Shown: positions 1 to 12,600 of the stretch, piece after piece
Layout: every line of letters starts with the position of its first letter
Position numbering within the stretch: position 1 is the first letter of the stretch
From: Auanema rhodensis
Taxonomy: Eukaryota > Animalia > Nematoda
NCBI GenBank assembly: GCA_964057225.1
Contig: OZ059897.1
Span: 3,162,001-3,226,000, forward strand
DNA: 64,000 nucleotides
Direction of reading: 5' to 3'
Notes under the pieces: model-generated
What the model saw: only the letters and a program-made list of their open reading frames with translations
Databases searched by the model: none
What the model was told of the DNA's origin: nothing
Position numbers and translations under genes: made by a program

Positions 1-4
1 AGCA

Positions 5-46
5 ATGTTGAGTGTACATGGGAACTCAACATACACTAATGCATTA
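5..46. other. Per-monomer inverted repeat ATGTTGAGT-N10-ACTCAACAT followed by the 10-bp palindrome TAATGCATTA
   Basis: 5-13 is the exact reverse complement of 24-32, and 37-46 is self-complementary. Present in essentially every monomer. Confidence 0.9.
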
Positions 47-301
47 TTTTTCAAACGATCATAACTATTTTCTGTAAATAGCGTTTCTCAATGTAGTATA
101 GTGCATTCGATGCGGATTTTTAAGCTGCGTTGATCTGTGTTATCAGATTTGAGTTAACTTAAAAATGCACCGAGATATCAACTGATATAGGTTCACACTT
201 ATATCCTCGATTTTCACCCTGAAGAAATAATTTTTTCGTTGAAAAACATTCTCCATCGTCTTCGTCATGAAAAAAGGAATCTAAAAACATCTACTTTTTG
301 T

Positions 302-350
302 GAAATTATTTAGAAATTTTTCGGGAAAATTTTTGTCAAAATGTTTTTGG
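302..350. repeat. Degenerate ~11-13-bp internal subrepeat of AnTn tracts at the monomer end
   Basis: GAAATTATTTA-GAAATTTTTCGG-GAAAATTTTTGT-CAAAATGTTTTTG: four consecutive A3-4/T-tract units. Confidence 0.7.
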
Positions 351-817
351 AAGCAATGTTGAGTGTACATGGGAACTCAGCATACACTAATGCATTATTT
401 TTCAAACGATAATAACTAATTTTTGTATAGAGCGTTTCTTAATGTAGTATAGTGCATTCGATGCGGATTTTTAAGTTGCGTTGATCTGTGTTATCAGATT
501 TGAGTTAGCTTAAAAATGCACCGAGATATCAACTGATTTATGTTCACACTTATATCCTCGATTTTCACCCTGAAGAAATGATTTTTTCGTTGAATAACAT
601 TGTCCATCATCTTCGTCTTGAAAAAAGGAATCTAAAAACATCTACTTTTTGTGAAATTATTTAGAAATTTTTCGGGAAAATTTTTGTCAAAATGTTTTTG
701 GAAGCAATGTTGAGTGTACATGGGAACTCAACATACACTAATGCATTATTTTTCAAACGATCATAACTAATTTTTGTAAATAGCGTTTCTCAAGGTAGTA
801 TAGTGCATTCGATGCGG

Positions 818-868
818 ATTTTTAAGCTGCGTCGATCTGTGTTATCAGATTTGAGTTAGCTTAAAAAT
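818..868. other. Per-monomer nested inverted repeat ATTTTTAAGCT...ATCTG-N6-CAGAT...AGCTTAAAAAT (shown in M3)
   Basis: Monomer positions 116-126 pair with 156-166 (11 bp, perfect in the consensus) and enclose 133-137/144-148. Confidence 0.85.
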
Positions 869-3800
869 GCACCGAGATATCAACTGATATATGTTCACAC
901 TTATATCCTCGATTTTCACCCTGAAGAAATGATTTTTTCGTTGAATAACATTGTCCATCGTCTTCGTCTTGAAAAAAGGAATCTAAAAACATCTACTTTT
1001 TGTGAAATTATTTAGAAATTTTTCGGGAAAATTTTTGTCAAAATGTTTTTGGAAGCAATGTTGAGTGTACATGGGAACTCAACATACACTAATGCATTAT
1101 TTTTCAAACGATCATAACTAATTTCTGTAAATAGCGTTTCTCAATGTAGTATAGTGCATTCGATGCGGATTTTTAAGCTGCGTCGATCTGTGTTATCAGA
1201 TTTGAGTTAGCTTAAAAATGCACCGAGATATCAACTGATATATGTTCACACTTATATCCTCGATTTTCACCCTGAAGAAATAGTTTTTTCGTTGAAAAAC
1301 ATTGTCCATCGTCTTTGCCTTGAAAAAAGGAATCTAAAAACATCTACTTTTTGTGAAATTATTTAGAAATTTTTCGGGAAAATTTTTGTCAAAATGTTTT
1401 TGGAAGCAATGTTGAGTGTACATGGGAACTCAACATACACTAATGCATTATTTTTCAAACGATCATAACTTATTTTTGTATAGAGCGTTTCTCAATGTAG
1501 TATAGTGCATTCGATGCGGATTTTTAAGCTGCGTCGATCTGTGTTATCAGATTTGAGCTTGCTTAAAAATTCACCGAGATATCAACTGATATATGTTCAC
1601 ACTTATATCCTCGACTTTCACCGTGAAGAAATGATTTTTTCGTTGAATAACATTGTCCATCGTCTTCGTCTTGAAAAAAGGAATCTAAAAACATCTACTT
1701 TTTGTGAAATTATTTAGAAATTTTTCGGGAAAATTTTTGTCAAAATGTTTTTGGAAGCAATGTTGAGTGTACATGGGAACTCAACATACACTAATGCATT
1801 ATTTTTCAAACGATCATAACTAATTTTTGTATAGAGCGTTTCTCAATGTAGTATAGTGCATTCGATGCGGATTTTTAAGCTGCGTCGATCTGTGTTATCA
1901 GATTTGAGCTTGCTTAAAAATGCACCGAGATATCAACTGATATATGTTCACACTTATATCCTCGATTTTCACCCTGAAGAAATGATTTTTTCGTTTAATA
2001 ACATTGTCCATCGTCTTCGTCTTGAAAAAAGGAATCTAAAAACATCTACTTTTTGTGAAATTATTTAGAAATTTTTCGGGAAAATTTTTGTCAAAATGTT
2101 TTTGGAAGCAATGTTGAGTGTACATGGGAACTCAACATACACTAATGCATTATTTTTCAAACGGTCATAACTAATTTTTGTAAATAGCGTTTCTCAAGGT
2201 AGTATAGTGCATTCGATGCGGATTTTTAAGCTGCGTCGATCTGTGTTATCAGATTTGAGTTAGCTTAAAAATGCACCGAGATATCAACTGATATATGTTC
2301 ACACTTATATCCTCGATTTTCAAACTGAAGAATTGATTTTTTTGTTGAATAACATTGTCCATCGTCTTCGTCTTGAAAAAAGGAATCTAAAAACATCTAC
2401 TTTTTGTGAAATTATCTAGAAATTTTTCGGGAAAATTCTTGTCAAATTGTTTTTGGAAGCAATGTTGAGTGTACATGGGAACTCAACATACACTAATGCA
2501 TTATTTTTCAAACGATCATAACTATTTTCTGTAAATAGCGTTTCTCAATGTAGTATAGTGCATTCGATGCGGATTTTTAAGTTGCGTTGATCTGTGTTAT
2601 CAGATTTGAGTTAGCTTAAAAATGCACCGAGATATCAACTGATTTATGTTCACACTTATATCCTCGATTTTCACCCTGAAGAAATGATTTTTTCGTTGAA
2701 TAACATTGTCCATCATCTTCGTCTTGAAAAAAGGAATCTAAAAACATCTACTTTTTGTGAAATTATTTAGAAATTTTTCGGTAAAATTTTTGTCAAAATG
2801 TTTTTGGAAGCAATGTTGAGTGTACATGGGAACTCAACATACACTAATGCATTATTTTTCAAACGATCATAACTAATTTTTGTAAATAGCGTTTCTCAAG
2901 GTAGTATAGTGCATTCGATGCGGATTTTTAAGCTGCGTCGATCTGTGTTATCAGATTTGAGTTAGCTTAAAAATGCACCGAGATATCAACTGATATATGT
3001 TCACACTTATATCCTCGATTTTCACCCTGAAGAAATGATTTTTTCGTTGAATAACATTGTCCATCGTCTTCGTCTTGAAAAAAGGAATCTAAAAACATCT
3101 ACTTTTTGTGAAATTATTTAGAAATTTTTCGGGAAAATTTTTGTCAAAATGTTTTTGGAAGCAATGTTGAGTGTACATGGGAACTCAACATACACTAATG
3201 CATTATTTTTCAAACGATCATAACTATTTTCTGTAAATAGCGTTTCTCAATGTAGTATAGTGCATTCGATGCGGATTTTTAAGCTGCGTTGATCTGTGTT
3301 ATCAGATTTGAGTTAGCTTAAAAATGCACCGAGATATCAACTGATATATGTTCACACTTATATCCTCGATTTTCACCCTGAAGAAATAGTTTTTTCGTTG
3401 AAAAACATTGTCCATCGTCTTTGCCTTGAAAAAAGGAATCTAAAAACATCTACTTTTTGTGAAATTATTTAGAAATTTTTCGGGAAAATTTTTGTCAAAA
3501 TGTTTTTGGAAGCAATGTTGAGTGTACATGGGAACTCAACATACACTAATGCATTATTTTTCAAACGATCATAACTTATTTTTGTATAGAGCGTTTCTCA
3601 ATGTAGTATAGTGCATTCGATGCGGATTTTTAAGCTGCGTCGATCTGTGTTATCAGATTTGAGTTAGCTTAAAAATGCACCGAGATATCAACTGATATAT
3701 GTTCACACTTATATCCTCGACTTTCACCCTGAAGAAATGATTTTTTCGTTGAATAACATTGTCCATCGTCTTCGTCTTGAAAAAAGGAATCTAAAAACAT

Positions 3801-6669
3801 CTACTTTTTGTGAAATTATTTAGAAATTTTTCGGGAAAATTTTTGTCAAAATGTTTTTGGAAGCAATGTTGAGTGTACATGGGAACTCAACATACACTAA
3901 TGCATTATTTTTCAAACGATCATAACTAATTTTTGTATAGAGCGTTTCTCAATGTAGTATAGTGCATTCGATGCGGATTTTTAAGCTGCGTTGATCTGTG
4001 TTATCAGATTTGAGTTAACTTAAAAATGCACCGAGATATCAACTGATATAGGTTCACACTTATATCCTCGATTTACACCCTGGAGAAGTAGTTTTTTCGT
4101 TGAAAAACATTGTCCATCGTCTTCGTCATGAAAAAAGGAATCTAAAAACATCTACTTTTTAAGAAATTATATAGAAATTTTTCGGGAAAATTTTTGTCAA
4201 AATGTTTTTGGAAGCAATGTTGAGTGTACATGGGAACTCAACATACACTAATGCATTATTTTTCAAACGATCATAACTTATTTTTGTATAGAGCGTTTCT
4301 CAATGTAGTATAGTGCATTCGATGCGGATTTTTAAGCTGCGTCGATCTGTGTTATCAGATTTGAGTTAGCTTAAAAATGCACCGAGATATCAACTGATAT
4401 ATGTTCACACTTATATCCTCGATTTTCACCCTGAAGAAATGATTTTTTCGTTGAATAACATTGTCCATCGTCTTCGTCTTGAAAAAAGGAATCTAAAAAC
4501 ATCTACTTTTTGTGAAATTATTTAGAAATTTTTCGGGAAAATTTTTGTCAAAATGTTTTTGGAAGCAATGTTGAGTGTACATGGGAACTCAACATACACT
4601 AATGCATTATTTTTCAAACGATCATAACTAATTTTTGTAAATAGCGTTTCTCAAGGTAGTATAGTGCATTCGATGCGGATTTTTAAGCTGCGTCGATCTG
4701 TGTTATCAGATTTGAGTTAGCTTAAAAATGCACCGAGATATCAACTGATATATGTTCACACTTATATCCTCGATTTTCAAACTGAAGAATTGATTTTTTT
4801 GTTGAATAACATTGTCCATCGTCTTCGTCTTGAAAAAAGGAATCTAAAAACATCTACTTTTTGTGAAATTATCTAGAAATTTTTCGGGAAAATTTTTGTC
4901 AAAATGTTTTTGGAAGCAATGTTGAGTGTACATGGGAACTCAACATACACTAATGCATTATTTTTCAAACGATCATAACTATTTTCTGTAAATAGCGTTT
5001 CTCAATGTAGTATAGTGCATTCGATGCGGATTTTTAAGTTGCGTTGATCTGTGTTATCAGATTTGAGTTAGCTTAAAAATGCACCGAGATATCAACTGAT
5101 TTATGTTCACACTTATATCCTCGATTTTCACCCTGAAGAAATGATTTTTTCGTTGAATAACATTGTCCATCATCTTCGTCTTGAAAAAAGGAATCTAAAA
5201 ACATCTACTTTTTGTGAAATTATTTAGAAATTTTTCGGTAAAATTTTTGTCAAAATGTTTTTGGAAGCAATGTTGAGTGTACATGGGAACTCAACATACA
5301 CTAATGCATTATTTTTCAAACGATCATAACTAATTTTTGTAAATAGCGTTTCTCAAGGTAGTATAGTGCATTCGATGCGGATTTTTAAGCTGCGTCGATC
5401 TGTGTTATCAGATTTGAGTTAGCTTAAAAATGCACCGAGATATCAACTGATATATGTTCACACTTATATCCTCGATTTTCAAACTGAAGAATTGATTTTT
5501 TTGTTGAATAACATTGTCCATCGTCTTCGTCTTGAAAAAAGGAATCTAAAAACATCTACTTTTTGTGAAATTATCTAGAAATTTTTCGGGAAAATTTTTG
5601 TCAAAATGTTTTTGGAAGCAATGTTGAGTGTACATGGGAACTCAACATACACTAATGCATTATTTTTCAAACGATCATAACTATTTTCTGTAAATAGCGT
5701 TTCTCAATGTAGTATAGTGCATTCGATGCGGATTTTTAAGTTGCGTTGATCTGTGTTATCAGATTTGAGTTAGCTTAAAAATGCACCGAGATATCAACTG
5801 ATTTATGTTCACACTTATATCCTCGATTTTCACCCTGAAGAAATGATTTTTTCGTTGAATAACATTGTCCATCATCTTCGTCTTGAAAAAAGGAATCTAA
5901 AAACATCTACTTTTTGTGAAATTATTTAGAAATTTTTCGGTAAAATTTTTGTCAAAATGTTTTTGGAAGCAATGTTGAGTGTACATGGGAACTCAACATA
6001 CACTAATGCATTATTTTTCAAACGATCATAACTAATTTTTGTAAATAGCGTTTCTCAAGGTAGTATAGTGCATTCGATGCGGATTTTTAAGCTGCGTCGA
6101 TCTGTGTTATCAGATTTGAGTTAGCTTAAAAATGCACCGAGATATCAACTGATATATGTTCACACTTATATCCTCGATTTTCACCCTGAAGAAATGATTT
6201 TTTCGTTGAATAACATTGTCCATCGTCTTCGTCTTGAAAAAAGGAATCTAAAAACATCTACTTTTTGTGAAATTATTTAGAAATTTTTCGGGAAAATTTT
6301 TGTCAAAATGTTTTTGGAAGCAATGTTGAGTGTACATGGGAACTCAACATACACTAATGCATTATTTTTCAAACGATCATAACTATTTTCTGTAAATAGC
6401 GTTTCTCAATGTAGTATAGTGCATTCGATGCGGATTTTTAAGCTGCGTTGATCTGTGTTATCAGATTTGAGTTAACTTAAAAATGCACCGAGATATCAAC
6501 TGATATAGGTTCACACTTATATTCTCGATTTTCACCCTGAAGAAATAATTTTTTCGTTGAAAAACATTGTCCATCGTCTTCGTCATGAAAAAAGGAATCT
6601 AAAAACATCTACTTTTTGTGAAATTATTTAGAAATTTTTCGGGAAAATTTTTGTCAAAATGTTTTTGGA

Positions 6670-9600
6670 AGCAATGTTGAGTGTACATGGGAACTCAGCA
6701 TACACTAATGCATTATTTTTCAAACGATAATAACTAATTTTTGTATAGAGCGTTTCTTAATGTAGTATAGTGCATTCGATGCGGATTTTTAAGTTGCGTT
6801 GATCTGTGTTATCAGAATTGAGTTAGCTTAAAAATGCACCGAGATATCAACTGATTTATGTTCACACTTATATCCTCGATTTTCACCCTGAAGAAATGAT
6901 TTTTTCGTTGAATAACATTGTCCATCATCTTCGTCTTGAAAAAAGGAATCTAAAAACATCTACTTTTTGTGAAATTATTTAGAAATTTTTCGGGAAAATT
7001 TTTGTCAAAATGTTTTTGGAAGCAATGTTGAGTGTACATGGGAACTCAACATACACTAATGCATTATTTTTCAAACGATCATAACTAATTTTTGTATAGA
7101 GCGTTTCTTAATGTAGTATAGTGCATTCGATGCGGATTTTTAAGTTGCGTTGATCTGTGTTATCAGATTTGAGTTAGCTTAAAAATGCACCGAGATATCA
7201 ACTGATTTATGTTCACACTTATATCCTCGATTTTCACCCTGAAGAAATGATTTTTTTGTTGAAAAATATTGTCCATCGTATTCGTCTTGAAAAAAGGAAT
7301 CTAAAAACATCTACTTTTTGTGAAATTATTTAGAAATTTTTCGGGAAAATTTTTGTCAAAATGTTTTTGGAAGCAATGTTGAGTGTACATGGGAACTCAA
7401 CATACACTAATGCATTATTTTTCAAACGATCATAACTAATTTTTGTTAATAGCGTTTCTCAAGGTAGTATAGTGCATTCGATGCGGATTTTTAAGCTGCG
7501 TCGATCTGTGTTATCAGATTTGAGTTAGCTTAAAAATGCACCGAGATATCAACTGATTTATGTTCACACTTATATCCTCGATTTTCACCCTGAAGAAATG
7601 ATTTTTTCGTTGAATAACATTGTCCATCATCTTCGTCTTGAAAAAAGGAATCTAAAAACATCTACTTTTTGTGAAATTATTTAGAAATTTTTCGGGAAAA
7701 TTTTTGTCAAAATGTTTTTGGAAGCAATGTTGAGTGTACATGGGAACTCAACATACACTAATGCATTATTTTTCAAACGATCATAACTAATTTTTGTATA
7801 GAGCGTTTCTTAATGTAGTATAGTGCATTCGATGCGGATTTTTAAGTTGCGTTGATCTGTGTTATCAGATTTGAGTTAGCTTAAAAATGCACCGAGATAT
7901 CAACTGATTTATGTTCACACTTATATCCTCGATTTTCACCCTGAAGAAATGATTTTTTCGTTGAAAAATATTGTCCATCGTATTCGTCTTGAAAAAAGGA
8001 ATCTAAAAACATCTACTTTTTGTGAAATTATTTAGAAATTTTTCGGGAAAATTTTTGTCAAAATGTTTTTGGAAGCAATGTTGAGTGTACATGGGAACTC
8101 AACATACACTAATGCATTATTTTTCAAACGATCATAACTAATTTTTGTTAATAGCGTTTCTCAAGGTAGTATAGTGCATTCGATGCGGATTTTTAAGCTG
8201 CGTCGATCTGTGTTATCAGATTTGAGTTAGCTTAAAAATGCACCGAGATATCAACTGATTTATGTTCACACTTATATCCTCGATTTTCACCCTGAAGAAA
8301 TGATTTTTTCGTTGAAAAATATTGTCCATCGTATTCGTCTTGAAAAAAGGAATCTAAAAACATCTACTTTTTGTGAAATTATTTAGAAATTTTTCGGGAA
8401 AATTTTTGTCAAAATGTTTTTGGAAGCAATGTTGAGTGTACATGGGAACTCAACATACACTAATGCATTATTTTTCAAACGATCATAACTAATTTTTGTA
8501 TAGAGCGTTTCTTAATGTAGTATAGTGCATTCGATGCGGATTTTTAAGTTGCGTTGATCTGTGTTATCAGATTTGAGTTAGCTTAAAAATGCACCGAGAT
8601 ATCAACTGATTTATGTTCACACTTATATCCTCGATTTTCACCCTGAAGAAATGATTTTTTCGTTGAAAAATATTGTCCATCGTATTCGTCTTGAAAAAAG
8701 GAATCTAAAAACATCTACTTTTTGTGAAATTATTTAGAAATTTTTCGGGAAAATTTTTGTCAAAATGTTTTTGGAAGCAATGTTGAGTGTACATGGGAAC
8801 TCAACATACACTAATGCATTATTTTTCAAACGATCATAACTAATTTTTGTTAATAGCGTTTCTCAAGGTAGTATAGTGCATTCGATGCGGATTTTTAAGC
8901 TGCGTCGATCTGTGTTATCAGATTTGAGTTAGCTTAAAAATGCACCGAGATATCAACTGATATATGTTCACACTTATATCCTCGATTTTCACCCTGAAGA
9001 AATGATTTTTTCGTTGAATAACATTGTCCATCGTCTTCGTCTTGAAAAAAGGAATCTAAAAACATCTACTTTTTGTGAAATTATTTAGAAATTTTTCGGG
9101 AAAATTTTTGTCAAAATGTTTTTGGAAGCAATGTTGAGTGTACATGGGAACTCAACATACACTAATGCATTATTTTTCAAACGATCATAACTATTTTCTG
9201 TAAATAGCGTTTCTCAATGTAGTATAGTGCATTCGATGCGGATTTTTAAGCTGCGTTGATCTGTGTTATCAGATTTGAGTTAACTTAAAAATGCACCGAG
9301 ATATCAACTGATATAGGTTCACACTTATATCCTCGATTTTCACCCTGAAGAAATAATTTTTTCGTTGAAAAACATTGTCCATCGTCTTCGTCATGAAAAA
9401 AGGAATCTAAAAACATCTACTTTTTGTGAAATTATTTAGAAATTTTTCGGGAAAATTTTTGTCAAAATGTTTTTGGAAGCAATGTTGAGTGTACATGGGA
9501 ACTCAGCATACACTAATGCATTATTTTTCAAACGATAATAACTAATTTTTGTATAGAGCGTTTCTTAATGTAGTATAGTGCATTCGATGCGGATTTTTAA

Positions 9601-12600
9601 GTTGCGTTGATCTGTGTTATCAGATTTGAGTTAGCTTAAAAATGCACCGAGATATCAACTGATTTATGTTCACACTTATATCCTCGATTTTCACCCTGAA
9701 GAAATGATTTTTTCGTTGAAAAATATTGTCCATCGTATTCGTCTTGAAAAAAGGAATCTAAAAACATCTACTTTTTGTGAAATTATTTAGAAATTTTTCG
9801 GGAAAATTTTTGTCAAAATGTTTTTGGAAGCAATGTTGAGTGTACATGGGAACTCAACATACACTAATGCATTATTTTTCAAACGATCATAACTAATTTT
9901 TGTTAATAGCGTTTCTCAAGGTAGTATAGTGCATTCGATGCGGATTTTTAAGCTGCGTCGATCTGTGTTATCAGATTTGAGTTAGCTTAAAAATGCACCG
10001 AGATATCAACTGATATATGTTCACACTTATATCCTCGATTTTCACCCTGAAGAAATGATTTTTTCGTTGAATAACATTGTCCATCGTCTTCGTCTTGAAA
10101 AAAGGAATCTAAAAACATCTACTTTTTGTGAAATTATTTAGAAATTTTTCGGGAAAATTTTTGTCAAAATGTTTTTGGAAGCAATGTTGAGTGTACATGG
10201 GAACTCAACATACACTAATGCATTATTTTTCAAACGATCATAACTATTTTCTGTAAATAGCGTTTCTCAATGTAGTATAGTGCATTCGATGCGGATTTTT
10301 AAGCTGCGTTGATCTGTGTTATCAGATTTGAGTTAACTTAAAAATGCACCGAGATATCAACTGATATAGGTTCACACTTATATCCTCGATTTTCACCCTG
10401 AAGAAATAATTTTTTCGTTGAAAAACATTGTCCATCGTCTTCGTCATGAAAAAAGGAATCTAAAAACATCTACTTTTTGTGAAATTATTTAGAAATTTTT
10501 CGGGAAAATTTTTGTCAAAATGTTTTTGGAAGCAATGTTGAGTGTACATGGGAACTCAGCATACACTAATGCATTATTTTTCAAACGATAATAACTAATT
10601 TTTGTATAGAGCGTTTCTTAATGTAGTATAGTGCATTCGATGCGGATTTTTAAGTTGCGTTGATCTGTGTTATCAGATTTGAGTTAGCTTAAAAATGCAC
10701 CGAGATATCAACTGATTTATGTTCACACTTATATCCTCGATTTTCACCCTGAAGAAATGATTTTTTCGTTGAAAAATATTGTCCATCGTATTCGTCTTGA
10801 AAAAAGGAATCTAAAAACATCTACTTTTTGTGAAATTATTTAGAAATTTTTCGGGAAAATTTTTGTCAAAATGTTTTTGGAAGCAATGTTGAGTGTACAT
10901 GGGAACTCAACATACACTAATGCATTATTTTTCAAACGATCATAACTAATTTTTGTTAATAGCGTTTCTCAAGGTAGTATAGTGCATTCGATGCGGATTT
11001 TTAAGCTGCGTCGATCTGTGTTATCAGATTTGAGTTAGCTTAAAAATGCACCGAGATATCAACTGATATATGTTCACACTTATATCCTCGATTTTCACCC
11101 TGAAGAAATGATTTTTTCGTTGAATAACATTGTCCATCGTCTTCGTCTTGAAAAAAGGAATCTAAAAACATCTACTTTTTGTGAAATTATTTAGAAATTT
11201 TTCGGGAAAATTTTTGTCAAAATGTTTTTGGAAGCAATGTTGAGTGTACATGGGAACTCAACATACACTAATGCATTATTTTTCAAACGATCATAACTAT
11301 TTTCTGTAAATAGCGTTTCTCAATGTAGTATAGTGCATTCGATGCGGATTTTTAAGCTGCGTTGATCTGTGTTATCAGATTTGAGTTAACTTAAAAATGC
11401 ACCGAGATATCAACTGATATAGGTTCACACTTATATCCTCGATTTTCACCCTGAAGAAATAATTTTTTCGTTGAAAAACATTGTCCATCGTCTTCGTCAT
11501 GAAAAAAGGAATCTAAAAACATCTACTTTTTGTGAAATTATTTAGAAATTTTTCGGGAAAATTTTTGTCAAAATGTTTTTGGAAGCAATGTTGAGTGTAC
11601 ATGGGAACTCAGCATACACTAATGCATTATTTTTCAAACGATAATAACTAATTTTTGTATAGAGCGTTTCTTAATGTAGTATAGTGCATTCGATGCGGAT
11701 TTTTAAGTTGCGTTGATCTGTGTTATCAGATTTGAGTTAGCTTAAAAATGCACCGAGATATCAACTGATATATGTTCACACTTATATCCTCGATTTTCAC
11801 CCTGAAGAAATAGTTTTTTCGTTGAAAAACATTGTCCATCGTCTTTGCCTTGAAAAAAGGAATCTAAAAACATCTACTTTTTGTGAAATTATTTAGAAAT
11901 TTTTCGGGAAAATTTTTGTCAAAATGTTTTTGGAAGCAATGTTGAGTGTACATGGGAACTCAACATACACTAATGCATTATTTTTCAAACGATCATAACT
12001 AATTTTTGTATAGAGCGTTTCTCAATGTAGTATAGTGCATTCGATGCGGATTTTTAAGCTGCGTTGATCTGTGTTATCAGATTTGAGTTAACTTAAAAAT
12101 GCACCGAGATATCAACTGATATAGGTTCACACTTATATCCTCGATTTTCACCCTGAAGAAGTAGTTTTTTCGTTGAAAAACATTGTCCATCGTCTTCGTC
12201 ATGAAAAAAGGAATCTAAAAACATCTACTTTTTAAGAAATTATATAGAAATTTTTCGGGAAAATTTTTGTCAAAATGTTTTTGGAAGCAATGTTGAGTGT
12301 ACATGGGAACTCAACATACACTAATGCATTATTTTTCAAACGATCATAACTTATTTTTGTATAGAGCGTTTCTCAATGTAGTATAGTGCATTCGATGCGG
12401 ATTTTTAAGCTGCGTCGATCTGTGTTATCAGATTTGAGTTAGCTTAAAAATGCACCGAGATATCAACTGATATATGTTCACACTTATATCCTCGATTTTC
12501 ACCCTGAAGAAATGATTTTTTCGTTGAATAACATTGTCCATCGTCTTCGTCTTGAAAAAAGGAATCTAAAAACATCTACTTTTTGTGAAATTATTTAGAA

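Larger units (their letters stand above)
1..351. repeat. Reference monomer (351 bp, ~31% GC)
   Basis: First full unit. It has single BsrGI (TGTACA 13-18), NsiI (ATGCAT 39-44) and EcoRV (GATATC 174-179) sites and many A/T tracts. Confidence 0.98.

Noticed and set aside
234-250. CENP-B box-like TTTCGTTGAA
   Set aside because: It matches only the left half of NTTCGNNNNANNCGGGN. The required CGGG is absent at the right spacing (TCGGGA lies ~80 bp away).
1-351. Tandem 5S rRNA, tRNA, snRNA or spliced-leader gene unit
   Set aside because: I saw no recognisable 5S, tRNA cloverleaf, Pol III A/B box or SL sequence on either strand. An Rfam scan would be the formal test.
1505-1717. 70-aa ORF (+)
   Set aside because: It lies inside satellite monomer M5, starts at GTG, and exists only because GAGTTAG>GAGCTTG removes the TAG stop present in other monomers. 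No recognisable protein features.
1856-2068. 70-aa ORF (+), near-copy of the previous one
   Set aside because: Same stop-loss variant in the adjacent monomer M6; a repeat artefact.
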